DNA from: Chlamydiota bacterium | GTDB lineage: Bacteria; Auribacterota; Tritonobacteria; UBA1439 | Length of the DNA stretch: 22,887 nucleotides | NCBI GenBank assembly: GCA_037133055.1 | Contig: JBAXOY010000045.1 | Location: 1-22,887, forward strand | Direction: 5' to 3' | Shown here: piece by piece, positions 1-8,748 of the stretch | How positions within the stretch are numbered: the stretch's first letter is position 1 | Layout of the letters: every line of letters starts with the position of its first letter | Translations under genes and position numbers: made by a program | The notes under the pieces: model-generated | Databases searched by the model: none | The model's input: only the letters and a program-made list of their open reading frames with translations | Told to the model about the DNA's origin: nothing

Positions 1-128
1 GTCGAACAGTGATGGAGAGGTTATCTTATTTGCATAAATCTTTTGACGTTACCAGCTTGCCGGTATCAAGCTTGTCGGTCCCCGCGACCCCCGTGTATAC
101 AGAATACTATCCCCTCCCCCCCGCAGTA

Positions 129-137
129 TGCTAGACT
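129..137 (+). promoter_or_regulatory. possible extended -10 promoter element (TG-C-TAGACT) upstream of the beta-propeller gene
   Basis: TGcTAGACT matches the TGnTAnnnT pattern about 70 nt before ATG 206. It lies inside a short inverted repeat, CGCAGT(122-127)/ACTGCG(135-140). No convincing -35. Confidence 0.3.
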
Positions 138-205
138 GCGTCAGGAGATGGGATGGGACTGCATCTGAAATTCTCTCTCACTGTACTTCTAGAGGAGGTG
201 TCGCC

Positions 206-1765
206 ATGAAAAGGATTCTCGCATGTGCAGGTGCGGCCGTCGTCGCGCTCTCAATGGTTTTCAACTCCGCGGCCCAGCCCGCGGGAAGCGGCTGGCCGAT
301 GTTCCGCGGCAACGCGCAGCGCACCGGGCAGGGCGTCGTCGCCGGGCCGGTTGTCCCCGAACTGCTCTGGAGTTACTCCACGGGCGATGGATTGGATTCT
401 TCCGCCGCGGTGGGCCCCGACGGGAAAACCTATATCGGTTCCTGGGACAATACGTATTACGTTTTAACCTCCGCCGGCTCGCTCGGATGGAGCTACATAA
501 CGGGATCTTACATCTGGTGGTCTTCGCCGGCCCTCGGTGTGGACGGGCGGTCCTACGTGGGGTCTGTCGACGATACGTTCTATGCGTTCACCTCGGGCGG
601 AACCATCGCATGGAGCTATGTTACCGGCGACGTAATTTATTCATCCCCCGCACTGGGCCCCGACAATACCCTCTACATCGGCTCTGATGACTATAACCTC
701 TATGCCCTGACTTCGAACGGGTCGCTCTCGTGGACATTCGCGACGGGTGGTTACATCTATTCTTCCCCCGCCCTCGACCCGAACGGGCGGGTGTATGTCG
801 GGAGCCAGGACAATGTACTCTACGCGATTCTCTCCGGCGGGACGCTGGGCTGGTCCTATGCGACGGGAGACGACGTGCAATCGGTTCCCGCGGTCGGCTC
901 CGACGGCAGGATCTACGCCCCGTCTGATGACAAAAATCTGTATGCGTTCAACTCGAACGGGACGGTCGCATGGAGTTATGCCTTTGATGCCGGCTTCTAT
1001 CCCTCGAGCCCGACCATAGGCACGGATGCCAGGGTCGTCGTCGGCTCGGACGATACCTCGCTCCGCGCGTTCAGTTCCGGCGGCTCGCTTCTGTGGAGCT
1101 ACATCACGGGGGATAAAGTAGGCTCCTCTCCCACCAGGGGCTCCGACGGCAGGATCTGCGTGGGGTCAGACGACAACAACCTGTACGTTTTCAACTCCGG
1201 CGGTTCCCTCCTCTGGAGCTATGCGGCGGGAAACAGCTTTAATTCTTCTTCCCCCGCGCTCGGGCCGGACGGAAGGATATATGTGGGGAATGTCGACAAT
1301 AATCTGTACGTCTTCAAGGGCCCGCCGCCGAACTACATCAACCTCTCGGTCGCGCCGGCGCCGATAATCCCGGGGGGCACCGCCACCTTTGCCTATCGGT
1401 GCGACTTCGGCACCTGGAACTACCAGGGAGTCCCGGTGGATATCTACCTTGCGGCCGTCAGGGCCCCCCTCATCAGCGACGCGCCCTCGACGGTCGGCGA
1501 TGCGCTCGGCGGTGGGACCGTGTACCTCTTCGGACGCAACATGGTCCCCTACCTCTATACGGGCACGGTCCGTGAACCCACTTTCCGCAATCTCTCCTTC
1601 CCCCCGATCCCGACGTCGGCGTCCGTGTCCATACCGGTTCCCGCCCTTCCCGGACTTGCGGGAAACTATCTGTTTGCGACCGCGTTCATCCGCCGCGACA
1701 CGGGCGCCTTTGTCCGCGCGGACGGGTTGCCGGTTGAGAATTCCAATGGCTTCCTGATCCAGTAA
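206..1765 (+). CDS. secreted PQQ-binding-like/BamB-type eight-repeat beta-propeller protein with a C-terminal beta-rich domain
   Basis: Strong SD AGGAGGT (193-199) before ATG 206, preferred over the ORF-track start at 128. Signal peptide MKRILACAGAAVVALSMVFNSAA, then the WPMFRGNAQRTG motif typical of this family. Eight ~40-aa repeats WSYxTGxxxxSSPAxGxDGxxYVGSxDxxLYAF. Confidence 0.88.
   Translation: MKRILACAGAAVVALSMVFNSAAQPAGSGWPMFRGNAQRTGQGVVAGPVVPELLWSYSTGDGLDSSAAVGPDGKTYIGSWDNTYYVLTSAGSLGWSYITGSYIWWSSPALGVDGRSYVGSVDDTFYAFTSGGTIAWSYVTGDVIYSSPALGPDNTLYIGSDDYNLYALTSNGSLSWTFATGGYIYSSPALDPNGRVYVGSQDNVLYAILSGGTLGWSYATGDDVQSVPAVGSDGRIYAPSDDKNLYAFNSNGTVAWSYAFDAGFYPSSPTIGTDARVVVGSDDTSLRAFSSGGSLLWSYITGDKVGSSPTRGSDGRICVGSDDNNLYVFNSGGSLLWSYAAGNSFNSSSPALGPDGRIYVGNVDNNLYVFKGPPPNYINLSVAPAPIIPGGTATFAYRCDFGTWNYQGVPVDIYLAAVRAPLISDAPSTVGDALGGGTVYLFGRNMVPYLYTGTVREPTFRNLSFPPIPTSASVSIPVPALPGLAGNYLFATAFIRRDTGAFVRADGLPVENSNGFLIQ
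362..1321 (+). repeat. eight tandem ~120-nt coding repeats (propeller blades)
   Basis: Blades start LLWSY, LGWSY, IAWSY, LSWTF, LGWSY, VAWSY, LLWSY, LLWSY, each followed by an SSP(A/T)-like and a GSxD-like motif. Confidence 0.85.
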
Positions 1766-1956
1766 AAGGGCGGGGTGAGCACCCGCATGCCATGTCCTTG
1801 GTGTATTCCTCCACAACAGCACGTAGTGTTGCATGAATTCCTGCCGCAACCTCCTCCCCCCCCCTGCGGCACCCCCCTGCGATTATCTTGAGCGAGGTGT
1901 CTTTTTTGGGCATACTACCCTGCGAGGATGAACCTGCGTCCGTAAAGGGATGCGCG

Positions 1957-3534
1957 ATGAGATATGCCCTGCCCCCCCGAAAGCGGCACCTGCTGCGGAT
2001 AGTGATCCCCGTCTACCCGTCGTTCAACGTGTATTCCTTCCTCGCCCATACCACGACCTCCCTGGGTGCGGTATGTGTCGCCAGTTCGGCCGCCCGGGTC
2101 GAGGGGTGGGATATCGAGGTCATCGATGAGAACAACCTTCGCCGCTATGGCCCCCTGAGCGCCTCCGGCGGCGCGGATCATGCGCTGATCCAGAAGGGGA
2201 GACCGGCTGATGTCGTGGGATTCTACGGGGGGCTCACGAGCACCATCCCCCGCATATATGACCTGGCTCGCTTTTACAAAAGCGGCGGGGCCATAACCGT
2301 CGCGGGGGGGCAGCACTTTGTGGACGAGACGATACCGGAGGCGCTCTCGTCGGATATCGACATCGTCGCGCTCGGGGAGGGCGAGGAGACCATACAGGAG
2401 CTCCTGCGTGCGTTCACGCGCGGGGACAATCTCTCGGCGGTCGCCGGCCTGGCGTATAGGGAGGGCGGCGCGCTACTCCGCACCCCGGCGCGGCCGCCGA
2501 TACAGGACCTCGACGCCCTGCCCCTGCCCGATTTTTCCCTGCTGCGGTATGCCCAGGTGACATTTTTCCCCGTGGGAAGAGTGCGCGGGTGCAGGATGGC
2601 CTGCGAGTTCTGCACGGTGAAGGACACCCCGCGCTACGCTTCCGCGGAGAGGCTGGTCGAGCAGGTCGGCAGGATCGTGGAGACGATGGGCGGCCGTGAG
2701 TTTTTTATCGTGGATGACTTTTTCGGCCAGGACCGGGGCGAAACGCTGCGGCTCTGCGCCCTGTTGAAAAGTTACCAGGAGGGGATCGGCAGACGCCTGA
2801 GGTTCACCGTGCAAATCCGCCTGGACACGGCGCGCGACACGGAGTTGCTCACGGCGATGCGGAACGCGGGCATCAATGTCGTTGCGATCGGCTTCGAGTC
2901 GCCGATACCCGAGGAACTCAAGGCCATGAACAAGGGCCTGCGGCCGGCTGAGATGGTGGAGCTGAGCAGGGTATTCCACCGCTTCGGTTTCTTCGTGCAC
3001 GGCATGTTCATCTTCGGCTATCCCATGAAGGAAGGCTCCGCCTATACGATGTCCATGGAGGAAAGGGTCGCCCATTACAGGAAATTCATAAAGGAGTCAC
3101 GCATCGACACCATACAGGTGCTCTTGCCGATCCCCCTGCCCGGCACGGCATTGCGCGAGCGGCTTTCGCGCCAACGGAGGATCTACTCCCGCGACGATCT
3201 GGGCTGGGAGTATTACGACGCGGGGTTCCCCCTTTTCGAGCCGGATCCCCCCCTTACCGCCGAGGAGATGCAGCGCGCGATACGGAGAATCATGGGCCGC
3301 TATTACAACGCGCGGTGCCTGGGCATGTTTATTTTCCACATCCTCGCCCTCCCCTATTTGCTCGTGTATGTTTTCGGCATCAAATCCGGATGGAGAAGGT
3401 GGCACCGAAGATGCCGCAACTACGTCTACCGGTTCGGAGGATCGAGGGTCGTCAGGAAATGGACCTTCCAACTCCACAAAGGCAAGTTTCTGGACCGGTT
3501 AGAGCGCGCGCAACGCAACCTCGCCTCCCGCTGA
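1957..3534 (+). CDS. B12 (cobalamin)-binding domain radical SAM protein (BchE/class B methylase-like superfamily)
   Basis: CxxxCxxC in RGCRMACEFC. N-terminal B12-binding-type segment (VAGGQHF, ALGEGE). FFIVDDFF, IGFES and HGMFIFG motifs, and PLPGT. ATG 1957 follows AAAGGGA; the TTG at 1888 is an alternative start. Confidence 0.88.
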   Translation: MRYALPPRKRHLLRIVIPVYPSFNVYSFLAHTTTSLGAVCVASSAARVEGWDIEVIDENNLRRYGPLSASGGADHALIQKGRPADVVGFYGGLTSTIPRIYDLARFYKSGGAITVAGGQHFVDETIPEALSSDIDIVALGEGEETIQELLRAFTRGDNLSAVAGLAYREGGALLRTPARPPIQDLDALPLPDFSLLRYAQVTFFPVGRVRGCRMACEFCTVKDTPRYASAERLVEQVGRIVETMGGREFFIVDDFFGQDRGETLRLCALLKSYQEGIGRRLRFTVQIRLDTARDTELLTAMRNAGINVVAIGFESPIPEELKAMNKGLRPAEMVELSRVFHRFGFFVHGMFIFGYPMKEGSAYTMSMEERVAHYRKFIKESRIDTIQVLLPIPLPGTALRERLSRQRRIYSRDDLGWEYYDAGFPLFEPDPPLTAEEMQRAIRRIMGRYYNARCLGMFIFHILALPYLLVYVFGIKSGWRRWHRRCRNYVYRFGGSRVVRKWTFQLHKGKFLDRLERAQRNLASR

Positions 3535-3559
3535 GCATACCCCTCCCGGCACTTTCCGC

Positions 3560-5035
3560 TCAGCGCACCCGCCTGAGATAGTACTCCACCGGGGAGCGGT
3601 CGTCGGTGAGGACGGGCACGTCCGCCGTCACCCCCCCGGTCCAGAGGTGACGTAAAAATCGATCCATCTCCTCATCGGATCCGCCGGCTGCGGGGTCGCG
3701 AGGGGAGTCCAGCGCCGCGAGGATGATGTTCTGCGCCGCGCGCCCGTCGCCCGGGTCGTCGACGGGAAACAGCAAGACGCGGGGGAAGACCTCGGCGTAG
3801 GTCGCGTACTCCGCCCTGGTGAATCTCCCGTCCGCCCCCTCGATGGCCCCGATGATATTGACGAGCACCGCCCCGCCCGCCGTCAGCCTTGCGCGCATCC
3901 TCCGCACGGCCTCGACCGTCGCGAGGTGGAACGGCAGGCAGTTCGCGTCCCTGAACGCGTCGACGATGATGACGTCGTATCCCGCGCCGCCCCGGTTGAG
4001 GAAGGTCCTCCCGTCCTCGTGCACCACGGCCAGCCGTGGATCGTCCCGCAGGTTGAAGTAGTTCCTTGAGATATCCGTGAGCATCGGGTCGATCTCCACC
4101 ACGTCGATGCGCGCATCGGGATACCGCCGCAGGAACTCCCCCGGGTAGGCGTAGGCGCCCCCGCCGATCATGAGCGCGCTCCTGAATCCCGGGGCGAACC
4201 GCTCGATGAGACGGAAAAATTTCATGTAGTCGAAGACGAGGTCATTCCCGTCCAGGTAGATCGCGGACTCCTGCCCGTACGGGTCCGTGGACAAGGAGAG
4301 GATCGGCCTTCCCGTCTCCTCGTGCGAATCCCTGTACACCCAGACCCGGTTGTACGGGGTATCGACGTCGAGGACGGCGCCCGCGCGCCCGCCGCCGGGG
4401 ACCGCGCGGCCGACCGCCAACAGGGCGAGCAGCACCGCGACCCTCGCGCACGCGCGCCGGCCCCCGGCGATCGCGAGGGAGAGGGCCCCGAGGGCCGCAG
4501 AGGTCAGCAGGAGGAGCCGCGCGCATCCGAAGAAGGGGATCAGGACAAAGCCGGCGAGGAATGTGCCGGTGATGCTCCCGAGGGCGGAGAGCGCGTACAG
4601 GGTTCCCACGGTCGTTCCGGCGCTTTGGGTATCCCGTATCGTGAGCCTCGCCGCCAGCGGGGAGACCATGCCCAGGACCATGTTCGCCGGGGCGAAGAGC
4701 GCGAGGGAGGCGCACAGGGCGAGCGCCCCCGGCCCGTCGACCCGCGACTGCAGCAGGATGAGGATCCGATCCTTCGCCACGGCCGTGATCCCCACGCTGG
4801 CCGCCGCCATGAACAACAGCAGGGAGAGGAGCCGCGCATCGGGCCGCCTGTCGGCGAGCATCCCCCCCCACCAGTACCCGACGCTCAGGCTCGCCAGCAC
4901 CACGCCGACCAGGCTGGTCCACACGTAGAGGGACGTCCCCGCGAACGGGGCGAGCACCCTGGCGCCCGCAAGCTCGATCACCATGACCGCGGCCCCGCAC
5001 ACGAAGACCGCCAGCCCGCACACGCATCTTCTCAT
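3560..5035 (-). CDS. fused membrane (MFS-like) / spermidine synthase-like class I SAM-fold protein
   Basis: Multi-TM N-terminus with family motifs ELAGARVLAPFAGTSLYVWTSLVG and GTLYALSALGSITGTF. C-terminal SAM-binding fold motifs MIGGGAY, VVEIDP, HEDGR, IIVDAF, and terminal VLTDDRSPVE. Confidence 0.88.
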   Translation of the reverse strand: MRRCVCGLAVFVCGAAVMVIELAGARVLAPFAGTSLYVWTSLVGVVLASLSVGYWWGGMLADRRPDARLLSLLLFMAAASVGITAVAKDRILILLQSRVDGPGALALCASLALFAPANMVLGMVSPLAARLTIRDTQSAGTTVGTLYALSALGSITGTFLAGFVLIPFFGCARLLLLTSAALGALSLAIAGGRRACARVAVLLALLAVGRAVPGGGRAGAVLDVDTPYNRVWVYRDSHEETGRPILSLSTDPYGQESAIYLDGNDLVFDYMKFFRLIERFAPGFRSALMIGGGAYAYPGEFLRRYPDARIDVVEIDPMLTDISRNYFNLRDDPRLAVVHEDGRTFLNRGGAGYDVIIVDAFRDANCLPFHLATVEAVRRMRARLTAGGAVLVNIIGAIEGADGRFTRAEYATYAEVFPRVLLFPVDDPGDGRAAQNIILAALDSPRDPAAGGSDEEMDRFLRHLWTGGVTADVPVLTDDRSPVEYYLRRVR

Positions 5036-5116
5036 CGATGGACGCCCCGCGCACCGCGCGATTACCGAGGCCCGGAGCGCGGCGCCCCCGCCGGGGGGAC
5101 GCCGCGCACGTCCCCC

Positions 5117-5145
5117 ATTCTACACCGCCGGCGGCCGTCGACCAA
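5117..5145 (-). promoter_or_regulatory. putative sigma70-type promoter for the spermidine-synthase-like gene
   Basis: Minus strand: TTGGTC (5145-5140), 17-nt spacer, TAGAAT (5122-5117), about 80 nt upstream of ATG 5035. Confidence 0.5.
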
Positions 5146-5186
5146 GGCCCACATGCACCACGCCGCCCCCCCGCCGCACTGACAGG

Positions 5187-5215
5187 TTGAAGAAGTCCGG
5201 ATTTCACAGTACCAT
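5187..5215 (+). promoter_or_regulatory. putative sigma70-type promoter for the cupin-ABC transporter operon
   Basis: TTGAAG (5187-5192), 17-nt spacer, TACCAT (5210-5215), about 65 nt upstream of ATG 5280. Confidence 0.55.
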
Positions 5216-5279
5216 TGTGCGGTGCGGAACCCCGGTCCCTCGGGTCGTCGCACCCACACCCATTGCAGGAGGCGGCGAC

Positions 5280-5603
5280 ATGGCGAGATCGGCGGTGCGC
5301 AATCTGTACGAGATGATGGAGTTTCCCTCCGAAGGGGTATTCAGCAAGGTCGTCGCGCGGGGAGAGATGTCGAACCACACGCTCATGTGCCTCGCGAAGG
5401 GGACCGACATCACCGAGCACACCTCCTCGCGCGAGGCGACGGTGACGATACTGAAAGGCAAGGGCGTTTTTGTCCTTAACGGGAAGAAGATCGCGATGGA
5501 GCCGGGCGTCTGCATCTTCATGCCCAAGAACGCCCCCCATGCGCTGCGCGCCGAAGAGGACCTGGCGTTCCTGCTGTCGCTCTCAGGAAAGGAGCCCCGC
5601 TGA
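5280..5603 (+). CDS. cupin domain-containing protein (107 aa)
   Basis: SD AGGAGG before ATG 5280. Cupin motif 1 GTDITEHTSSREATVTILKGKG and motif 2 PGVCIFMPKNAPHAL. Confidence 0.88.
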   Translation: MARSAVRNLYEMMEFPSEGVFSKVVARGEMSNHTLMCLAKGTDITEHTSSREATVTILKGKGVFVLNGKKIAMEPGVCIFMPKNAPHALRAEEDLAFLLSLSGKEPR

Positions 5604-5605
5604 GG

Positions 5606-6880
5606 ATGAGTTCGCATCCGGCATTCACCCCGCGCGCGGCGCTCCTGCTCGCGGGGCTCGCCGTCGTATCGGCCGGGTGCGGGCGCGCCCCCTCCCCCGC
5701 CGCCGACGCCTCCCGCGTCGTCATCGGCTTCACCGCGTCGCAGACGGGCAAGCTCAACATAGAGTCCGCGCGGCAGGTGAACGGGCTCACCCTGTGGATC
5801 GATGAGGTGAACCGCGGGGGGGGCGTCACCCTCGCCGACGGCACGGCCGTGACGTTCGCGGCGCGGTACTACGACGACGAGAGCAACAAGGACCGCATCC
5901 AGGAGCTCTACACGAGGCTCGTGGGCGACGACCGGGCCCGGATCCTCATCAGCCCGTACAGCAGCGGCCTCGCCGACGCGGCCGCGGTCATCGCCGAGCA
6001 GTACGACCGGATCATGATCACCGCGGGGGCGGCGTCGGACAGCACGCACCGGAAGGGCTGCCGCCTCGTCTACCAGGTGTACACCCCCGCGAGCCGCTAC
6101 CTCACCGGCGCCTTCGACCTGCTCCGTGCGCTGGATCCGAAGGCCTCGCGCGTTGCGATCGTCCACGAGAAGGACAAGTTCTCCTCCGATGTCTGCGACG
6201 CGGCGAAGTCCTACGGGGAGACACGCGGTTTCCGGATCGCCGCCTTCGAGGGCTACGACAGCGGCACGACCGACTTCGCCCCGTTCATCGGCACAATCCC
6301 CCGCGGCGCCGACGCGGTCATGGGGGGCGGGCATTTCGCGGACGGCTGCACGTTCGCGCGCCAGCTTTTCGAAAAGGGGGCGGGCGGGAAATTCACGGCG
6401 CTGCTTGTGGCGGCCGCTGAGCCGAAGTTCGCCGCGCTGGGAGAGGCCGCGCGCGGGGTGATCGGCCCGAGCCAGTGGGAGCCGCTCTGCGCCTATTCGC
6501 CCGAATCGGCGCGCCTCGCCGGCGTCGACTGGTACGGCCCCCCGGCGGCAAAATTCATCGAGGCGTACCGGAAGAGGTTCGGCGAGGAGCCCTCCTACCA
6601 CAGCGCCGGCGGCTACGCCGCCGGCCTCCTCATCCAGAGGGGGATAGAGAAGGCGGGCCGCGTGGAGACCGCCGCCTTGAAGTCGGCGCTCGACGGAATC
6701 GACATGCTCACCTTCTTCGGCCGGATCGCGTTCGACGTCCGTCCCGACTCGCACGGGCTTCAGATCGGCCACGAAATGGTGTACATCCAGTGGCAGAGGA
6801 ACGCGGCGGGGGCGCTGGTCAGGCAGGTGGTGTGGCCGGAGGAGGGCAGATCCGCCCCGGCGATCTACCCCGCGCGGTGA
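5606..6880 (+). CDS. livK: LivK/LivJ-family (PBP type 1) ABC transporter substrate-binding lipoprotein
   Basis: Lipobox-like VVSAGC. IGFTASQTG, EVNRGGG, YDDES and ISPYSSG motifs, and TFFGRIAFD near the C-terminus. First gene of a livHMGF-like set. The true ligand cannot be inferred. Confidence 0.85.
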   Translation: MSSHPAFTPRAALLLAGLAVVSAGCGRAPSPAADASRVVIGFTASQTGKLNIESARQVNGLTLWIDEVNRGGGVTLADGTAVTFAARYYDDESNKDRIQELYTRLVGDDRARILISPYSSGLADAAAVIAEQYDRIMITAGAASDSTHRKGCRLVYQVYTPASRYLTGAFDLLRALDPKASRVAIVHEKDKFSSDVCDAAKSYGETRGFRIAAFEGYDSGTTDFAPFIGTIPRGADAVMGGGHFADGCTFARQLFEKGAGGKFTALLVAAAEPKFAALGEAARGVIGPSQWEPLCAYSPESARLAGVDWYGPPAAKFIEAYRKRFGEEPSYHSAGGYAAGLLIQRGIEKAGRVETAALKSALDGIDMLTFFGRIAFDVRPDSHGLQIGHEMVYIQWQRNAAGALVRQVVWPEEGRSAPAIYPAR

Positions 6881-6922
6881 CCGTCGGCCCCGCGCGCATA
6901 TCGAACATGGAGCATCCCGCGC

Positions 6923-7783
6923 ATGTCTCCGGAATTCATCTCTTCATTGTGCGACGGCATCCTGATGGGGTGCGTCTACGGCGTGGCCGCGATGGGACTC
7001 ACCCTGATCTGGGGCGTCATGCGCGTCGTGAACCTCGGGCACGGGGCGATCATGGCGCTCGGGATGTTCGCCCTCTCCCTCCTCGTCGCGCACCTCGGGC
7101 TGAACCCCTACCTGGCGCTCGCGGGCGTGGCGCTCCTCGGCTTCGTCTGCGGCGTCGGCATGTACTGGACGGCGGTGCACCGCCTCATCGACGCGCCGTA
7201 TCTCTCCACGCTGCTCTCCACCTTCGCGGTCAACATGATGCTCATCGGGATGGGAACCGCGGTCTTCACGACGACACCCCGGAACATCGACTTCGCGATG
7301 CGGACGGTCCGGATCGGGGCGCTCGCCTTCCCCGGGACCCGCCTCGCCGCCGCCGCGATCGCCGTGCTCGTCACCGCGGGGCTCCACCTGTTCCTCCATC
7401 GGTCGAGAACGGGCGCGGCGATCCGCGCCGTCGCGTCGAACCGCGCGGCGGCGGAACTCATGGGCATCCCCTCGGCGCGGATGCTCTCCCTCAGCTTCGG
7501 CATAGGCGCGATGCTCGCCGCCGTCGCCGGGGGGCTCATCGCGACCATCTTCCCCTTCACCATCCTGAGCGGCGAGTCGTACCAGATGCGGTCGTTCGTG
7601 GTCTGCGTCCTCGGAGGGCTGGGCAATCCCCTGGGGGCGCTCGCGGGGGGAATCGTCCTCGGGCTGCTCGAGGGCGGCATCCCGTTTTTCATGCCGGTGA
7701 GCTGGGTCCCCGTCATCGAGTTCGCGATCTTCGTGCTTGTGCTCATGGTCAGGCCGACGGGGCTCTTCGGGGGTGAGCGATGA
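6923..7783 (+). CDS. livH: branched-chain amino acid-type ABC transporter permease (LivH-like)
   Basis: YGVAAMGLTLIWGVMRVVNLGHG, GAAIRAVASNRAAAELMGI, VLGGLGNPLGA, and terminal RPTGLFG. Confidence 0.92.
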   Translation: MSPEFISSLCDGILMGCVYGVAAMGLTLIWGVMRVVNLGHGAIMALGMFALSLLVAHLGLNPYLALAGVALLGFVCGVGMYWTAVHRLIDAPYLSTLLSTFAVNMMLIGMGTAVFTTTPRNIDFAMRTVRIGALAFPGTRLAAAAIAVLVTAGLHLFLHRSRTGAAIRAVASNRAAAELMGIPSARMLSLSFGIGAMLAAVAGGLIATIFPFTILSGESYQMRSFVVCVLGGLGNPLGALAGGIVLGLLEGGIPFFMPVSWVPVIEFAIFVLVLMVRPTGLFGGER

Positions 7784-8748
7784 AGGCGGGACGGTCTCCG
7801 GGTCTCTGGCTGACGCTCGCCGCGGTCCTGGCGGCGGGCCTCGCGCCGGCGATCGCGGAGAGCGACACGATGCGGGAGGGGATGTCCACGCTCCTCATCT
7901 TCGTGACGCTCGCCACAAGCCTCAACATCCTCCTCGGCTACACCGGCTACGTGAATTTCGGGCACATCGTCTTCTTCGGGCTCGGGGGCTACTGCGGCTT
8001 CTATCTCCTGAGCCGTCACGGATGGCCGCTCCCGGCTGCGGCGCTCGCGGGCGGGATCTCCTCCGTGCTGCTCGCGGGGATGCTCGGCGCGTGCATCCTG
8101 CGCCTCCGCGGGGCCTACTTCGCCCTGGCGACCATCGGCATCAACGAGGCGGCGAGGGCGTTCGTGAGCACCTTCCCCCCCTTCGGCGGGGCCACCGGCC
8201 TCTCCATCAATTTCGACGTGTACCGCCGGTACGGGGGCGCCTCGCGGGCGCTGTGGACCGTGTACGCCTCCCTCCTCGCGGCCGCGCTCGCGGCGATCGC
8301 GATGAGTCACCTCGTCAGGCGGTCCCGGTTCGGCCTCGGGCTCATGGCGATCCGCGAGGACGAGGACGCGGCGCAGGTCATGGGCGTGCGCGCCCCGCGC
8401 CTGAAGACGATCGCCTACATGCTCTCGGCGTTCTTCCCCGGCGTCGTTGGGGTGCTCTACTTCTTCAAGAACGGCAACGTCGAGCCGGGCGACGCCTTCC
8501 GCCTGAACATGTCCATCGAGACGATGGTGATGGTGATGCTGGGCGGCCAGGGGACGCTCATGGGGCCCGTCGCGGGGGCCGCGGCGTACGAGCGCCTGCG
8601 CGGGTATCTCATCACGAGCCCGCTTTTCAAGAATCTCCACCTCGCGGTCGCGGGACTCTCGCTCCTCCTGATCGTGCTCTTCATCCCCGCGGGCGCCGTC
8701 GGCTGGCTCCGCCGCCGTTTCCCGCCCCTCCGGAGGTTCCTCGAATGA
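7780..8748 (+). CDS. livM: branched-chain amino acid-type ABC transporter permease (LivM-like)
   Basis: ATGA overlap with livH. NILLGYTGYVNFGHIVFFGLGGY, LRLRGAYFALAT, AIREDEDAAQVMGV, LGGQGTLMGP. Confidence 0.92.
   Translation: MKAGRSPGLWLTLAAVLAAGLAPAIAESDTMREGMSTLLIFVTLATSLNILLGYTGYVNFGHIVFFGLGGYCGFYLLSRHGWPLPAAALAGGISSVLLAGMLGACILRLRGAYFALATIGINEAARAFVSTFPPFGGATGLSINFDVYRRYGGASRALWTVYASLLAAALAAIAMSHLVRRSRFGLGLMAIREDEDAAQVMGVRAPRLKTIAYMLSAFFPGVVGVLYFFKNGNVEPGDAFRLNMSIETMVMVMLGGQGTLMGPVAGAAAYERLRGYLITSPLFKNLHLAVAGLSLLLIVLFIPAGAVGWLRRRFPPLRRFLE

Noticed and set aside
43..69. TTGACG...TATCAA promoter candidate
   Set aside because: 15-nt spacing, and the -10 lacks the conserved final T.
362..1321. 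Propeller repeats as a CRISPR array or DGR target
   Set aside because: The repeats are degenerate protein-coding units. There are no identical repeat-spacer units, no template-repeat copy and no cas or reverse transcriptase gene in the window.
1766..1790. GC hairpin after the propeller stop as an intrinsic terminator
   Set aside because: Imperfect stem, very short loop and no U-tract.
1812..1832. Imperfect palindrome CAACAGCACGTAGTGTTG resembling an NrdR box
   Set aside because: Only a partial match, no clear second box, and no ribonucleotide reductase gene nearby.
1856..1881. C9 run and CCCCCCTGCG direct repeat upstream of the first radical SAM
   Set aside because: Short, low-complexity and intergenic, with no supported promoter to tie it to.
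7737..8744. Apparent 336-aa N-terminal extension of LivG
   Set aside because: It overlaps livM in another frame. The real start is ATG 8745 (ATGA coupling).
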